Assembly: GCA_963663275.1 (NCBI GenBank)
Contig: OY760183.1
Location: forward strand, 1,696,001-1,760,000
Reading direction: 5' to 3'
From: Chloroflexota bacterium
GTDB lineage: Bacteria > Chloroflexota > UBA11872 > VXOZ01
DNA: 64,000 nt
The translations under genes were made by a program, and so were the position numbers. The notes under the pieces are model-generated. The model did not search any database and was not told the origin of the DNA. It worked only from the letters and a program-made list of their open reading frames with translations. This document shows positions 1 to 10,561 of the stretch, one piece after another (positions within the stretch are counted from its first letter, which is position 1; the number at the start of each line of letters is the position of its first letter).

Positions 1-963
1 CGACTGCGAAATCAGCACTTTGTCCACGTTGACCATGGCTTGCTCCACGGCCTCGATGTACATGCGCTCGCGGGTCACTTCGGGAGCGCGGCGGTACTCT
101 TCCAGGATGGAGAGGAAGCGTTCGCTCTCGCCGCGGGCGCTGCGGACGCGCTCTTCCTGGTAGGCCAGGGCTTGTTCCAGAATGCGCTTGGCCTCGCCGC
201 GGGCGCGGGGCACCACGTCTTCGCGGTAGGCCTGGGCCTCGTTCACTTTGCGTTCGCGGTCTTCACGGGCGCGGACCACCTCGTGGAAGGCGTCCCGCAC
301 CTGATCGGGGGCGTCCGCCACTTGCAGGCGCACGTCGGTAATCAGGATGCCGGCGTTGTACTCATCGATGAGTTGCTGCAAATAGGCGCGGGTATTCTCC
401 TGCACCTCGGCGCGGCGCTCGGTGATAACGCCGTCAATTGGCATCTTGCCGACGGCGCTCCGCAGCGCGACCTCCGTGGTGGTATGGAGCACCGCCTCCG
501 GATTGTTCACGTTGAAGACGAACGCGGCGGCGTCTTTCACCCGGTACTGCACCAGCAGGCCGACCTCGACGATGTTCTCGTCGGCGGTGAGCATCAGCGC
601 TTCCTCCAGGATGCGCCGGGATTCCTGGCCTTCGATGGTGCGGAATCCGATTTCGGCGCGGCGCACGTTGGCGATGTCAACGATGACCACGTTCTGCACG
701 GGCCAGGGCAGGTGGTAGTTCACGCCGGGTGAGGTGGTATTCACGTGCCTGCCGAATTGGAGGACGACGCCCTGCTCGGCGGGGTCTACGATGTAGACGC
801 CGGAGCCGATCCAGATTATCACCGCGATTGCCAAGCCGAGGATGATGAAACGTTGCGCCCGCCGGGCCCGGTCGCGGGTCTGGCGGAAAACCTCGCCAAA
901 ATCCTCATTGTCTTCGTCGTCCGGCGGCCCGCCGCGCGGCCCGCCACGATCATATACGGACAT
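1..963 (-). CDS. hflK: FtsH protease modulator HflK (SPFH domain), 3' end runs off the window
   Basis: Absent from the ORF track; manual translation from ATG at 963 behind AAGGAGG gives MSVYDRGG...TM helix-SGVYIVDPAEQGVVLQFGRH...MLTADENIVEV...AFHEVVRAREDRER...VVPRARGEA...YRRAPEVTRERMYIE, all typical of HflK. Confidence 0.92.
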   Translation of the reverse strand, partial: MSVYDRGGPRGGPPDDEDNEDFGEVFRQTRDRARRAQRFIILGLAIAVIIWIGSGVYIVDPAEQGVVLQFGRHVNTTSPGVNYHLPWPVQNVVIVDIANVRRAEIGFRTIEGQESRRILEEALMLTADENIVEVGLLVQYRVKDAAAFVFNVNNPEAVLHTTTEVALRSAVGKMPIDGVITERRAEVQENTRAYLQQLIDEYNAGILITDVRLQVADAPDQVRDAFHEVVRAREDRERKVNEAQAYREDVVPRARGEAKRILEQALAYQEERVRSARGESERFLSILEEYRRAPEVTRERMYIEAVEQAMVNVDKVLISQS

Positions 964-1372
964 GCCTTAGCCTCCTTCTGGCATGTTTTGCGTGGGTGCT
1001 CTCTGCCTGGGGCGGCCGCTGCCAGCGGCGGCGTCCCAGATTGCACGGTTCTTGGTTCTCTCCTACTACCGTACCATGCTACCGGCACGTTTGTAGAGCG
1101 CGACGCCTTCCCGATGCGAACGGGGCGCCGTCTCCGGTGTCCGGTTCGTTCTGCCGGGAGTCGTCACTACCATTCTACCGCTAGTCCGTAGGATAAGGAA
1201 GAAGCGGCCGGCGCTCACGCGCCGCGCGGCAGCGGGGCCGGGGCGCGCCGCCATTGCCGCCGGTTGCGGTTGGCTCGAGCCGCGCGCGCCGGTTGCGGAA
1301 CTCTTCCCGCATAGTAGAATGGGTGTGAGGGTTATGAGACTCCCACGATTACTCTAGTAAGGAGCGGCAACC

Positions 1373-1870
1373 ATGTTGTCGGAATCGATACGCACGGCGT
1401 TGAACAAGCAGATTACCGATGAACTCTATGCGTCCCACCTCTACCTGGCGATGGCGGCGTACTTCGAGTCGCAGGCGCTGCCCGGCTTCGCCCACTGGAT
1501 GCGGGTGCAAAGCGACGAGGAACGCGCCCACGCGCTGCGCGTGATCGACATGGTGGTGAACCGGGGCGGCGACATAGTCATCCGGGGCATCGAGGCGCCC
1601 TCAGCGTGCATGGGCACGCCATTGGCGGTCTTCGAGAACGCGCTGGCCCACGAGCAGGCGGTCACACAGACGATCCACAATCTCTACGCCCTGGCCGAAA
1701 AAGAGAATGACTACACTACCCAGGCGGAATTGCAGTGGTTCTTGGTGGAGCAGGTGGAGGAAGAGCGCGTCACCGGCGACATCGTGCAGCAACTGAAGCG
1801 CGTGCAGGGCGAGCCGAGCGGCTTAATGATGCTGGACCGGGAACTGGCGGGACGGGCCGGGGAAGAATAG
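1373..1870 (+). CDS. ftnA: Non-heme ferritin
   Basis: LNKQITDELYASHLYLAMAAYF, EERAH, HEQ, LQWFLVEQVEEE ferroxidase-centre motifs; RBS AAGGAG. Confidence 0.93.
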   Translation: MLSESIRTALNKQITDELYASHLYLAMAAYFESQALPGFAHWMRVQSDEERAHALRVIDMVVNRGGDIVIRGIEAPSACMGTPLAVFENALAHEQAVTQTIHNLYALAEKENDYTTQAELQWFLVEQVEEERVTGDIVQQLKRVQGEPSGLMMLDRELAGRAGEE

Positions 1871-1942
1871 TCTCGCGGCTGCGCGCGGCCAGACTGGGAG
1901 TTGCAGGCAGGGCGCGGTTTGCCGGGGCCGGTTGCGTTCGCT

Positions 1943-2017
1943 TGGAGCGGGCAGTGGGATTCGAACCCACGATCTCAACCTTGGGAAGGTCGCGTGTTGC
2001 CACTACACCATGCCCGC
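1943..2017 (-). tRNA. tRNA-Gly(CCC)
   Basis: Reverse complement GCGGGCATGGTGTAGTGGCAACACGCGACCTTCCCAAGGTTGAGATCGTGGGTTCGAATCCCACTGCCCGCTCCA folds as a cloverleaf; anticodon CCC, GTTCGAA T-loop, encoded CCA. Confidence 0.96.
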
Positions 2018-2197
2018 GCGCCTATAAACTACGGTAGGCGATTTTCGCGGCGTCGTCAAGCCGCCGCAGTCCGGCCGGCATGAACGGGCGGCGCGGCGAC
2101 GGCGGCGCTTCTTGAACGAAGGACGCGGCGGCGGGTACCGCGCCAGAGGCCGCAATGGCAATTCATGGAAAGAAGGCCCGCAGGCGGGAAGGGCGCT

Positions 2198-2944
2198 ATG
2201 AGTGAGAGTCTGGCCGGCCGCCGTGTGCTGGTTACCGGCGGCGGGCGCGGCATCGGACGTTCGATTGCTTTGGCCTGCGCGCGGGAGGGCGCGCGGGTTG
2301 CCGTCACCGCGCGTTCTGAAGACCAACTCGCGGCCGTTGTGGAGGAGATTCACGCGGCGGGCGGCGCGGCGGTCTCGTTTGGGTGCGACGTGGGGGACGT
2401 GAAGCAGGTAGAGCGCATGGTGGGAGAGGCCGCGGCGGCTCTGGGCGGCATCGACATCTTGGTCAACAATGCCGGCGGCGGCACGGAACACGGCCCGGTG
2501 GCGGAAAGTACGCCGGACTTGTGGGTGGCGTGCATCGACGCCAACCTCATCGGCACGTACGCCTGCGCGCGCTACGTCCTGCCGGGGATGATTGCCAACG
2601 GCGGCGGCAAAGTCATCAACATCGGCTCCGGCATGGGCCACGAGGCGCGGGCCGGCAGCGCGTCGTACAACACGGCCAAGGCGGCGGTGTGGATGTTCAC
2701 CAAGTGCCTGGCGTTGGAGGTGTGGGAGCACGGCGTCGAGGTAAACGAGATTGTGCCCGGGCCGGTGCTGACGCCGCTCACGGCGGACCGGTTTACGTTG
2801 GACGGGCCGCCGCCGTTTGCGCCCAGCGAGCGGGTCAAGCTGCCGGAAGAAGTGGCGGAACTGGCGCTGTGGCTGGCTACTCGCCCGCCGGGCGGTCCCA
2901 CCGGCCAGAGTTTCAGCCTCGCCCGCCGCCCTCCTGGAGGCTGA
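2198..2944 (+). CDS. SDR family NAD(P)-dependent oxidoreductase
   Basis: TGGGRGIG, NNAG, YNTAK (YxxxK), VPGPV motifs. Confidence 0.92.
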   Translation: MSESLAGRRVLVTGGGRGIGRSIALACAREGARVAVTARSEDQLAAVVEEIHAAGGAAVSFGCDVGDVKQVERMVGEAAAALGGIDILVNNAGGGTEHGPVAESTPDLWVACIDANLIGTYACARYVLPGMIANGGGKVINIGSGMGHEARAGSASYNTAKAAVWMFTKCLALEVWEHGVEVNEIVPGPVLTPLTADRFTLDGPPPFAPSERVKLPEEVAELALWLATRPPGGPTGQSFSLARRPPGG

Positions 2945-3038
2945 GGAAGAGATACAAGCGCGTTAAGTGCTTTCTTTTGCTTACAGAGTCTATGCAGACG
3001 CATGGGGCGCTGGCGAATTGCTATCGAGAAGAAGACTC

Positions 3039-3857
3039 TCAGGCGAGGGATCTTCGCCTGAACAAGGCCACCAGTGCGAATATCCCGCTTGCTACCAGGG
3101 TCATAGCAGGAGCGGCGGGCACATTGAAGTGGTAGGAGACGTAGAGGCCTGTCACGGCGGACGCGGCCCCCAGCGCCGCGGCCAGCATCATCATCGAGAC
3201 AAAGCGCCTGACCAGCAAGTACGCCGCGGCGGCAGGCGTTACCAGCATCGCCATGACAAGCACAATACCCGCCGCCTGAATCCCTATGACGATAACGAGC
3301 GCAAGCATTACCAGGAACACGTAGTCGACCAAATTGGAACGGGAACCGACAACCTGCGATCCCACGGGGTCAAAGCTCGCGAACAGCAGCCAGTGGTGGA
3401 GAGTGAACAGCCCCAGGATGACGATCACGGTTATCCCAAGGGACACATAGATGTCGGTCGGGGATATGGCCAATACCTTGCCCAGGAGCAGGTCTTCCAT
3501 ATTGACTCTGATGGTCGTCGCGCTTGCTAGCATCACCAGTCCCAGGGCAAACATGGCCGCAAAGAGAATGCCTATGGAAGTATCGGTGCTGAGACCCGCG
3601 CGCCGGCTCACCGTTCTGACCAGAATGGCAACAGAGACCCCGGTTGGGATGGCGGCAATGGCCGGATTGATGCCGACAATGAAGCCAAGCACCATTCCCG
3701 GCAGCACGGCGTGGGCGAGTGCGTCCCCAATGAAGGCGAGATTCCTGGTGACGACGTACGCGCCAACCAGCGGACACATCACGCCCACAAGTATCGAGCC
3801 GATGAGGGCTCTCACCATGAAGCCATACTCAAGCGGGGCGACAAAGAAGTCGATCAT
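3039..3857 (-). CDS. Zn/Mn ABC transporter permease (ZnuB/MntB type)
   Basis: FIGDALAHAVLPG ABC-3 signature, multiple TM helices. Confidence 0.92.
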   Translation of the reverse strand: MIDFFVAPLEYGFMVRALIGSILVGVMCPLVGAYVVTRNLAFIGDALAHAVLPGMVLGFIVGINPAIAAIPTGVSVAILVRTVSRRAGLSTDTSIGILFAAMFALGLVMLASATTIRVNMEDLLLGKVLAISPTDIYVSLGITVIVILGLFTLHHWLLFASFDPVGSQVVGSRSNLVDYVFLVMLALVIVIGIQAAGIVLVMAMLVTPAAAAYLLVRRFVSMMMLAAALGAASAVTGLYVSYHFNVPAAPAMTLVASGIFALVALFRRRSLA

Positions 3858-3872
3858 GTCTTCCGTCTACGG

Positions 3873-4622
3873 CTATCCATCCGCGGCAAGGCGCAAACCG
3901 TGGGCGCCGTACAGCTTCTCCATGACTTTGGACGTAAAGACCAGGTCGGGAGGGCCGCAGGCGCACACCTGGCAGTTCAGGCACAATACCTCGTCGAAGC
4001 GGCCGGCCAGGTTGGTGACGTCGTGGGTCGCCAGCATGACAATGCACCCATCATCCCGCAGCGATCGAAGGACCTCGACGAGGCCCTCTTGAGCGCCGAC
4101 GTCGACGCCGCTGAAGGCCTCATCAAGGAGAAGGACGCTCGCCTCCTGGGCCAGAGCCCTGGCGACGAACACCCTTTGCCTCTGTCCTCCCGATAGCTCC
4201 GTCATGAGCGCGGAGCGATGCTCCCACAGGCCCACACGGCAGATGCACGCCTTGACCAGTTCTCGGTCTCTCTTTCCAGGCCGCTGAAACCACTTGAGCC
4301 GGCAGCGCCGGCCCATCATGACAACGTCCGACACGGTCACGGGAAAGCGCCAGTTGACGCTCTCCCGCTGAGGCACGTACGCCAGCGCCCCGCCCCCCTG
4401 GTCTACACGGTTCAGAGTTACCTTGCCCTGGTGAACCGGAAGGAGACCGGCAATGGCATTGAACAGGGTGCTCTTGCCGGCTCCATTCGGTCCGACAACG
4501 CCCATGAGCGTTCCCGCGTCCACGTCGAAGGTGACGTCGTTCAGGGCCATGTGCCCATCGAGCTCGACAGTCACGTTCCGAAGCGATACGCTCGCTCTAT
4601 GCGCGTTCGGGGCGGTGTTCAC
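3873..4622 (-). CDS. Zn/Mn ABC transporter ATP-binding protein (ZnuC type)
   Basis: GPNGAGKST, YVPQR, LSGGQRQRV, LLLDE, THD. Confidence 0.92.
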   Translation of the reverse strand: MNTAPNAHRASVSLRNVTVELDGHMALNDVTFDVDAGTLMGVVGPNGAGKSTLFNAIAGLLPVHQGKVTLNRVDQGGGALAYVPQRESVNWRFPVTVSDVVMMGRRCRLKWFQRPGKRDRELVKACICRVGLWEHRSALMTELSGGQRQRVFVARALAQEASVLLLDEAFSGVDVGAQEGLVEVLRSLRDDGCIVMLATHDVTNLAGRFDEVLCLNCQVCACGPPDLVFTSKVMEKLYGAHGLRLAADG

Positions 4623-6826
4623 TTCAATGCCTCAACAATTCGGGTCACATTGGCGCGCACCATGCCAAGGTACGTGCCGGCGTCGCTGTCCTCCGGCCCA
4701 AGCGATCCTGAGTAGAGCTGGACCACCTCCGCGCCGGTCTCCCTCGCGACGGCCTGTGCCAGCCTGTCACTGACAGTCGTCTCGCCAAACAATGCCGGCA
4801 CCTCATGCTCGCGAATCACGTCGACCAGTGCCGCAATGTGCTCCGCGGAGGGCTCCACGTGCGTTGAGAGTGACGGGATGACCAGACCGACCACCTCGAA
4901 CCCATACGCCTTCGCAAAGTAGGCGAGGCTGTCGTGTGACGTAACCAACAGTCTGCGCTCCGGCGGCAACACGCTGACCTGCTCTTGGATCCAGGCGTGT
5001 AGCTCGTCGAGCTTCACCTCGTACTCAGCCGCATTTTGGTAGTAGAGGCTCGCGTTGTCCGGGTCTAGAATCGCAAGCCGGGCGGCTATCTCGTTGACGG
5101 CGATCTTCACGCGGATCGGATCGAACCAGAAGTGAGGATCGTACGCGCCGTGCGCGTGTCCATCATGGCCATGTTCGTCTTCGTGTTCAGCATGTCCCGC
5201 GATTCCTACGAAGGTAATCTTGGTGGGCACGCCCTCTACGTGCCAGTGCCGGACCACCTCCAGGTCGTGCTCGTCTAGCTGCAGCACCTCGCCTCCCACC
5301 GAGTCCGTGACGAAGATTGCGCCTGGCGCCACGGCCAGGTGCGGGCGCGTCCAGAAGCCTGTCTCCACCGGTGTCGCCAGGAAGCCGGCCTTGGAAGCCA
5401 TCAGATCCCCGTCGTGAGCGTCATACACACGAAGTTCACCGTCGCTCATGACCACCAACAGAGTCTCACCACCATGGCCAAACTGGATTTGGATTGGGTG
5501 GAGGCTATCCGTAGCGGCGAGGAGCAACTCCATCGTCTCCTCTTCCGGCTCCACGACGTACAGCCCGGACGCCGAGCCCAGGGCAAAGAAGTGATCCAGG
5601 CCGTGGAAGCCCCAAACGTCTGTCACCTGGAAGTCTTCAGCAACCCCGTCCGGCGCTATGAAGACATGGGAATACTCGCCATCATGAGCCTCCAGAACCA
5701 AGACGCCCCCGAGGCATCCGAATGCGGCCTCGTGGCCGTTGCTTGTGCCTCCCTGCAGCGAGTCGCAACCCTCAGCGCTGTAGAGGACAGTGCCGTCCAG
5801 TTCTCTTATCTCCGCGCCAATCGGAAGCCGAGCGTCAGCGTTGCCGGGGTAATCCGGATGCTTGATGGTTACGGCGAACAGATCGTCATCCAGGGGTACC
5901 GCCGCTCCATGCTGGGGGCCTGCGTCCATCCGTAGAGGAACATAGCTGTCCCCATGCTCTTCCAGTTCATGTAGGTCGAGAAGCACCACTTCACCGGAGC
6001 CCGCGTAGAAGATCGCCGCCCAATCATCGCCAATATGCACGTTCACGGGACTGTCCCCGCTCAAGTCCAGGGGAAGCATACGCGTGTCTGATTCTACCAG
6101 GTCTTCGTGGTCTCCATGAGCCTCCATGAATATCCCGCCATCGAAGACGTGAGCCGTGTCGGCTTCCGCGGAGACGGCGAATGCAAAGCGGCCATTCTCG
6201 GTGGAGTAGATCAGGCCGGCCCGCGAACCCAGGTCGAAGCGGTTCTGGTCCACCGCGCCGGTTTCCAGGTCGATGACGGAAACTTTCCCTTCCTCGCCAT
6301 CGCCGACGAGCAAGCGCCCTATGAGCATCTCGTCATGGTGGTCGCCTTCATCCTCGTGATCGTCATGCATAGCGATCTCGGTGAACTCGATCGGATCGAC
6401 GCTTTCACCAAGCGCGACTATCTTGGATTCATCCGCACTGGCGTTGTGCAAGAGTTCCTCCAGCCAAGCGGCCTCCAGCAAGAGGCCGACAGACAAGACG
6501 AGATCCGCATCGGCTACCCTGGCAATGTCGCGGGGTGTGGGCTGGAAGTGGTGCGGGTCGCCACCCACCGGCAGCAGGCTGAAGACCTCCACTCTGTCTC
6601 CGCCTACCACCCGCGCCCAATCTGCCAGGAAGTTGGTGGTTGTCACCACCTGTAGCCGCGGCAAGTCGGCTTTGGGCGCCTCCTCGACAGGCGCTTGGGA
6701 ATCCTCGTCACTTGCGCAGGCAGCCAGGAAAGCCATAGCGAATACGACAAGACCCACAGCTACCGTTTGCGCCAACCGCCCGAAGCGATTATTGCGACTA
6801 AGTGTCGGGAGCATTCCGATTTCCAT
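4619..6826 (-). CDS. Cluster A-I metal-binding lipoprotein (ZnuA/AztC-like) with an AztD-like beta-propeller inserted in the His-rich loop
   Basis: Lipobox LAAC; ligand motifs DPHHF, DPHFW, SHDS; about 375-aa insert (aa ~167-541) with RLLVGDGEEGKVSVIDL, DGG..AHGDH, QHGAAVP between two His/acidic tracts. Confidence 0.85.
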   Translation of the reverse strand: MEIGMLPTLSRNNRFGRLAQTVAVGLVVFAMAFLAACASDEDSQAPVEEAPKADLPRLQVVTTTNFLADWARVVGGDRVEVFSLLPVGGDPHHFQPTPRDIARVADADLVLSVGLLLEAAWLEELLHNASADESKIVALGESVDPIEFTEIAMHDDHEDEGDHHDEMLIGRLLVGDGEEGKVSVIDLETGAVDQNRFDLGSRAGLIYSTENGRFAFAVSAEADTAHVFDGGIFMEAHGDHEDLVESDTRMLPLDLSGDSPVNVHIGDDWAAIFYAGSGEVVLLDLHELEEHGDSYVPLRMDAGPQHGAAVPLDDDLFAVTIKHPDYPGNADARLPIGAEIRELDGTVLYSAEGCDSLQGGTSNGHEAAFGCLGGVLVLEAHDGEYSHVFIAPDGVAEDFQVTDVWGFHGLDHFFALGSASGLYVVEPEEETMELLLAATDSLHPIQIQFGHGGETLLVVMSDGELRVYDAHDGDLMASKAGFLATPVETGFWTRPHLAVAPGAIFVTDSVGGEVLQLDEHDLEVVRHWHVEGVPTKITFVGIAGHAEHEDEHGHDGHAHGAYDPHFWFDPIRVKIAVNEIAARLAILDPDNASLYYQNAAEYEVKLDELHAWIQEQVSVLPPERRLLVTSHDSLAYFAKAYGFEVVGLVIPSLSTHVEPSAEHIAALVDVIREHEVPALFGETTVSDRLAQAVARETGAEVVQLYSGSLGPEDSDAGTYLGMVRANVTRIVEALK

Positions 6827-7001
6827 CTCTCCTCCTCTTTCGTCTGTTTGGTTACTCGATGCTGTCTTTGGCGCTCAGCCAAAGCGTTACGATGCGCGTG
6901 TAAACCGTGGACGGCCAATACCTTTAGAGAGATCCCTACCAATGAGGAATTCACCAATCGGTCTTGGCAGTCCCACTCTTGCGAACGCCGAGCGAATGCG
7001 A

Positions 7002-7061
7002 CGCAGGTTGCAAACCTACTCTACCGGAAGGAACTGATCGCAGGTTGCAAACCTGCGCTAC
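7002..7061. repeat. Pair of GTAG-type REP palindromes (CGCAGGTTGCAAACCTGCGCTAC)
   Basis: Two tandem copies; the same family recurs near 37143, 40822 and 40933. Confidence 0.75.
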
Positions 7062-7141
7062 CGGACGGGATTAACCGCGGGATACAAGCCTTCTCACACC
7101 CATCCCGGCCTCTCCCCGTCATATTGGGGAACACCCTGCGC

Positions 7142-7231
7142 CAGTCCACAGCCGGCCGTAATGGCCGCACGTCCGGTTCCAGTCGCGGCGGCGAGGACAC
7201 GGCGTCAACTCAATCAAGGATGATCCAGTAT
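7142..7231 (-). pseudogene. Degenerate 5' stub of a Tat-exported lipoprotein gene, paralogous to the start of the 11603-13252 gene
   Basis: After RBS AGGAGG: ATA CTG GAT CAT CCT TGA TTG AGT TGA CGC CGT... = (I)LDHP*LS*RRVLAAATGTGRAAITAGCG, versus MKDTQLNRRSFLAGAAATGLAALAAACG. Confidence 0.7.
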
Positions 7232-7286
7232 AGTCCAGACCTCCTATCGCAATGCATACGAACACTCACTTCCAATTGGCACAGGT

Positions 7287-7318
7287 AGTGTAGCATTTAA
7301 TGAGAACAGTTGTCAATT
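7287..7318 (-). promoter_or_regulatory. Sigma70-type promoter (TTGACA-N18-TACACT) overlapped by a Fur/Zur-family palindrome
   Basis: Box TAATGAGAACAGTTGTCAATT at 7298-7318 (7-1-7 core TGAGAAC-A-GTTGTCA) covers the -35 element; points toward the Zn ABC operon. Confidence 0.75.
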
Positions 7319-7538
7319 AGAGGCAAGAAGCGCCTCAATCCGCGGGCATGAAGAGGAAACGGAATGATAGACGGCCCCGGCCACCGTTGCCTGGCAGCGC
7401 TTCCTTGCCTTCACCCATGCCCACGCGAAACTTCGTTCGACCCGGCAGCGGGCCGGCCCAGGCACACGGCTCTTGGCGCCGCCTCCGCCGTGTGGGCAGC
7501 CCTCTCACACAGGCCGAGACCTGATCAATTGTCCGCGT

Positions 7539-8531
7539 TCAGCGCGTCTCGTCTTCGTATAAGTGACAGGCAACCGTATGGCCGGTGCCTACCTCCCTGG
7601 TCGGCGGCATGACCTGCTTGCACACGGGCATCACGTGGGCGCAGCGCGGGTGAAACGGGCAGCCTGACGGGGGATGGAGCGGGCTGGGCACGTCGCCGCC
7701 GAGCACGATCCGCTCCTGGCGCTCTCCCGGTCGCGGCTGCGGAATGGCCGAGAGCAGCGCCTGGGTATAGGGATGCCGGGGCTGCCGGTACAACTCGTCG
7801 CCGGGCGCGGTCTCCACCAGTTTGCCGAGATACATCACCCCGATCCGGTCCGCGATGTACCGGACCACCGCCAAGTTGTGGGCGATGAACAGGTAGGTCA
7901 GGCCGCGCGCGGCCTGTACGTCGCGCAGCAGGTTGAGAACTTGCGCCTGCACCGAGACGTCCAGCGCCGAAACCGGTTCATCGCAGACGATGAGTTGGGG
8001 TTGCAGGACCAGCGCCCGGGCAATGCCGATACGCTGGCGTTGCCCCCCGCTGAACTCGTGCGGGTAACGCCGCGCGTATTCGGGACGCAGGCCGACGGCC
8101 GTGAGCGCCTCATGCACCTGCGCCTCTCGCTCGCGCTGCGTGCCCAAGCCGTGCACAACCAATCCCTCAGCGATGCTGGCGCCGACGGTCACACGTGGAT
8201 TCAGGGAGCCATAGGGGTCTTGGAAGATGATCTGGGCCTGCCGGCGCCAGGCGGCGAGGGCGCGGCCGCGCAGTTTGAACACGTCCTGTCCGGCAAAGCG
8301 CACGCGGCCGCCGGTCGCGGGAATGAGGCGCAGGATGACGCGCCCGGTCGTGGTCTTGCCGCAGCCCGATTCTCCTACGAGGCCAAACGTCTCGCCGCGC
8401 CGGATGTGGAAGGAGACTCCATCGACTGCCCGCACCGCCGGCCGGCGACCGATCCGGCTTCCCCGCACCGGAAAGTGCTTGACCAGGTCTCTGACCTGGA
8501 GCAGCGGCTCTGTCTCGCGTGTGCCGCTCAT
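7539..8531 (-). CDS. Oligopeptide/nickel ABC transporter ATPase (OppF/DppF type)
   Basis: [19 protein letters not shown]-terminal CPFHPRC/VACHL; ATGA overlap with the upstream gene. Confidence 0.93.
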   Translation of the reverse strand: MSGTRETEPLLQVRDLVKHFPVRGSRIGRRPAVRAVDGVSFHIRRGETFGLVGESGCGKTTTGRVILRLIPATGGRVRFAGQDVFKLRGRALAAWRRQAQIIFQDPYGSLNPRVTVGASIAEGLVVHGLGTQREREAQVHEALTAVGLRPEYARRYPHEFSGGQRQRIGIARALVLQPQLIVCDEPVSALDVSVQAQVLNLLRDVQAARGLTYLFIAHNLAVVRYIADRIGVMYLGKLVETAPGDELYRQPRHPYTQALLSAIPQPRPGERQERIVLGGDVPSPLHPPSGCPFHPRCAHVMPVCKQVMPPTREVGTGHTVACHLYEDETR

Positions 8532-9583
8532 GGCGGCGCCTGCCCGGAGACGGATGACTGGGCGCCACCGGCCGGCGGCGCGGAAGCGTGCAGCCAGCAG
8601 CGGACGCGGTGGCCCGGCCCTGCGGCTACCTCCGGTGGCCGTTCGGTCATGCAATGTGGCAGCGCATGGGGGCAGCGCGGGGTGAAGGCGCAGCCGGCCG
8701 GCAGCCGGCTCGGATGCGGCACGCTGCCCGCGATGGCCGGGAGTTGCCGGCTGCGGTCGGTGGCAAGTGAGGGCATGCTCATGAGCAGCCCTTGGGTGTA
8801 GGGGTGTTGCGGGGCCTTGAACAAGGTCTCGACCGGCGCGTACTCGACGATTCGCCCGGCATACATAACGGCCACGTCGTCGGCCAACTCAGCAATCACT
8901 CCCAGATCGTGGGTAATGAACAGCAGACTCATCCCCAACTCTTCCTGAAGTTCCCGGAGCAGATCGAGGACTTGGGCCTGAATGGTCACGTCAAGCGCCG
9001 TCGTTGGCTCGTCCGCGATCAGCAAGGCTGGGCGGCACGCCAGGGCCATCGCGATCATTACACGCTGGCGCATGCCGCCGCTCAGTTCGTGGGGATACGC
9101 GCGGGAGCGCTCGGCCGGAGCCGGGATTCCCACCTGGTGGAGCAACGCGACCGCTTGCTCCCGCGCCGCGCGTCGATTCACGCGCCGGTGTACGCGAACC
9201 GCCTCCGCAATCTGATCCCCGACCCGTTGCACGGGATTGAGCGAGGTCATCGGTTCCTGGAAGATCATCGCGATGTCCCGGCCGCGAATCCTCTGCCGCT
9301 CCCGTTCGCGGAGCGTGAGTAGATTACGGCCTTCCAGCCGGATCTCACCGGCAAGCTCGCAGGCCGGCGGCGAGGGCAGCAACCCCATCAGGGCCAAAGC
9401 CGTGACGGACTTGCCGCAGCCGGATTCGCCGACCAAACCGAGAATGCGCCCCGGCCCGATGTCGAAGGCCGCGTCCTGCACGGCAGGCACGTCGCCGTCG
9501 GAGGTGGCAAACGAGACGCATAGCCCTTGCACCGCAAGCAGAGGCGTTTGCTCTGAGTGGGATTGCTTTGATATTTCGGCCAT
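8528..9583 (-). CDS. Oligopeptide/nickel ABC transporter ATPase (OppD/DppD type)
   Basis: [32 protein letters not shown]. Confidence 0.93.
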   Translation of the reverse strand: MAEISKQSHSEQTPLLAVQGLCVSFATSDGDVPAVQDAAFDIGPGRILGLVGESGCGKSVTALALMGLLPSPPACELAGEIRLEGRNLLTLRERERQRIRGRDIAMIFQEPMTSLNPVQRVGDQIAEAVRVHRRVNRRAAREQAVALLHQVGIPAPAERSRAYPHELSGGMRQRVMIAMALACRPALLIADEPTTALDVTIQAQVLDLLRELQEELGMSLLFITHDLGVIAELADDVAVMYAGRIVEYAPVETLFKAPQHPYTQGLLMSMPSLATDRSRQLPAIAGSVPHPSRLPAGCAFTPRCPHALPHCMTERPPEVAAGPGHRVRCWLHASAPPAGGAQSSVSGQAPP

Positions 9584-9625
9584 CGGTGCTCGCTTGTACT
9601 CCCAGTTTAGCAAATCTTCTTTCGA

Positions 9626-10561
9626 TTAGCGGTGCCGCGAGCGCGGATCCAGGGCCGCGCGCAGCCCGTCTCCAAGCAAGTTGCACGCCAAGACGGACAG
9701 GAGAATGCACAGCCCCGGCAAGAGGACCAGATGCGGCGCTTGGTCGAGGTAGGTGCGGGCGTCGTTCAGCATCGCGCCCCATTCCGGGGTCGGCGGCTGG
9801 ATGCCCAAGCCCAGAAAGCTGAGCGATGAAATCATCAGGATGATGTGGCCCAGGTCCAGCGTGGCGAGCACCACGATGGGGCCGATGATATTGGGCAGGA
9901 TGTGCCGCGCCATGATACGCAGGTTCGAGGCGCCCAGCGCGCGTGCCGCCAGCACGAACTCCCATTCGCGGGCCGCGAGCGTCGCGGCGCGAAAGATGCG
10001 GGCGTGATCGGCCCAGCCGACGGCGATGATGGCGATCAGGAGGCTCTGGAGGCTGGGGCCGAGAAAGCCGACCAATGCCAGCGAAAGGATCAGCCGCGGC
10101 AGCGCCAGTAACACGTCGATACCGCCCACCACGACGCGGTCTACCCACCCGCCGAGAAAACCGGCCGAAATGCCGATCGCCAGACCAACGAGGAGCAACC
10201 CGATGGTCGTGGGAATGGCGCTCCCCAGGGTGGCGCGGGCGCCGTAGATGAGCCGGCTCGCCAGGTCGCGGCCCAGTTGGTCGGTCCCGAGCGGATAGCG
10301 CGCGCTGGGGCCTTGCAGTTTGTCGCTCAAGTGAATGGCGAGCGGATCGTGCGGCGCGATGAGGGGCGCCGCTGCCGCGACGGCGACGAACAGACCCAGC
10401 AAGATCAGGCCGCCGAGCGCCGCCCGATCGGCCCGTAACACCTGTCGCGCCGCGCGCCACGGGGAGTGCTCGCCGACCGCATAGAGCTCTTCGTCGCGCA
10501 GCGTCTCCGTTGGCGCCGGGGCGGCCGGCAGCGCGGGGCTAGGCATGGTCGTCGCCTCCAC
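9626..10561 (-). CDS. ABC transporter permease (OppC/NikC type)
   Basis: [12 protein letters not shown]-like loop, [20 protein letters not shown]. Confidence 0.93.
   Translation of the reverse strand: MEATTMPSPALPAAPAPTETLRDEELYAVGEHSPWRAARQVLRADRAALGGLILLGLFVAVAAAAPLIAPHDPLAIHLSDKLQGPSARYPLGTDQLGRDLASRLIYGARATLGSAIPTTIGLLLVGLAIGISAGFLGGWVDRVVVGGIDVLLALPRLILSLALVGFLGPSLQSLLIAIIAVGWADHARIFRAATLAAREWEFVLAARALGASNLRIMARHILPNIIGPIVVLATLDLGHIILMISSLSFLGLGIQPPTPEWGAMLNDARTYLDQAPHLVLLPGLCILLSVLACNLLGDGLRAALDPRSRHR

Noticed and set aside
40-732. 230-aa plus-strand ORF
   Set aside because: Antisense shadow of hflK, which the ORF track missed because it lacks a stop inside the window
1293-1320. Iron-regulator operator upstream of ferritin (TGCGGAACTCTTCCCGCA)
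   Set aside because: Imperfect GC-rich palindrome with no second instance to support it
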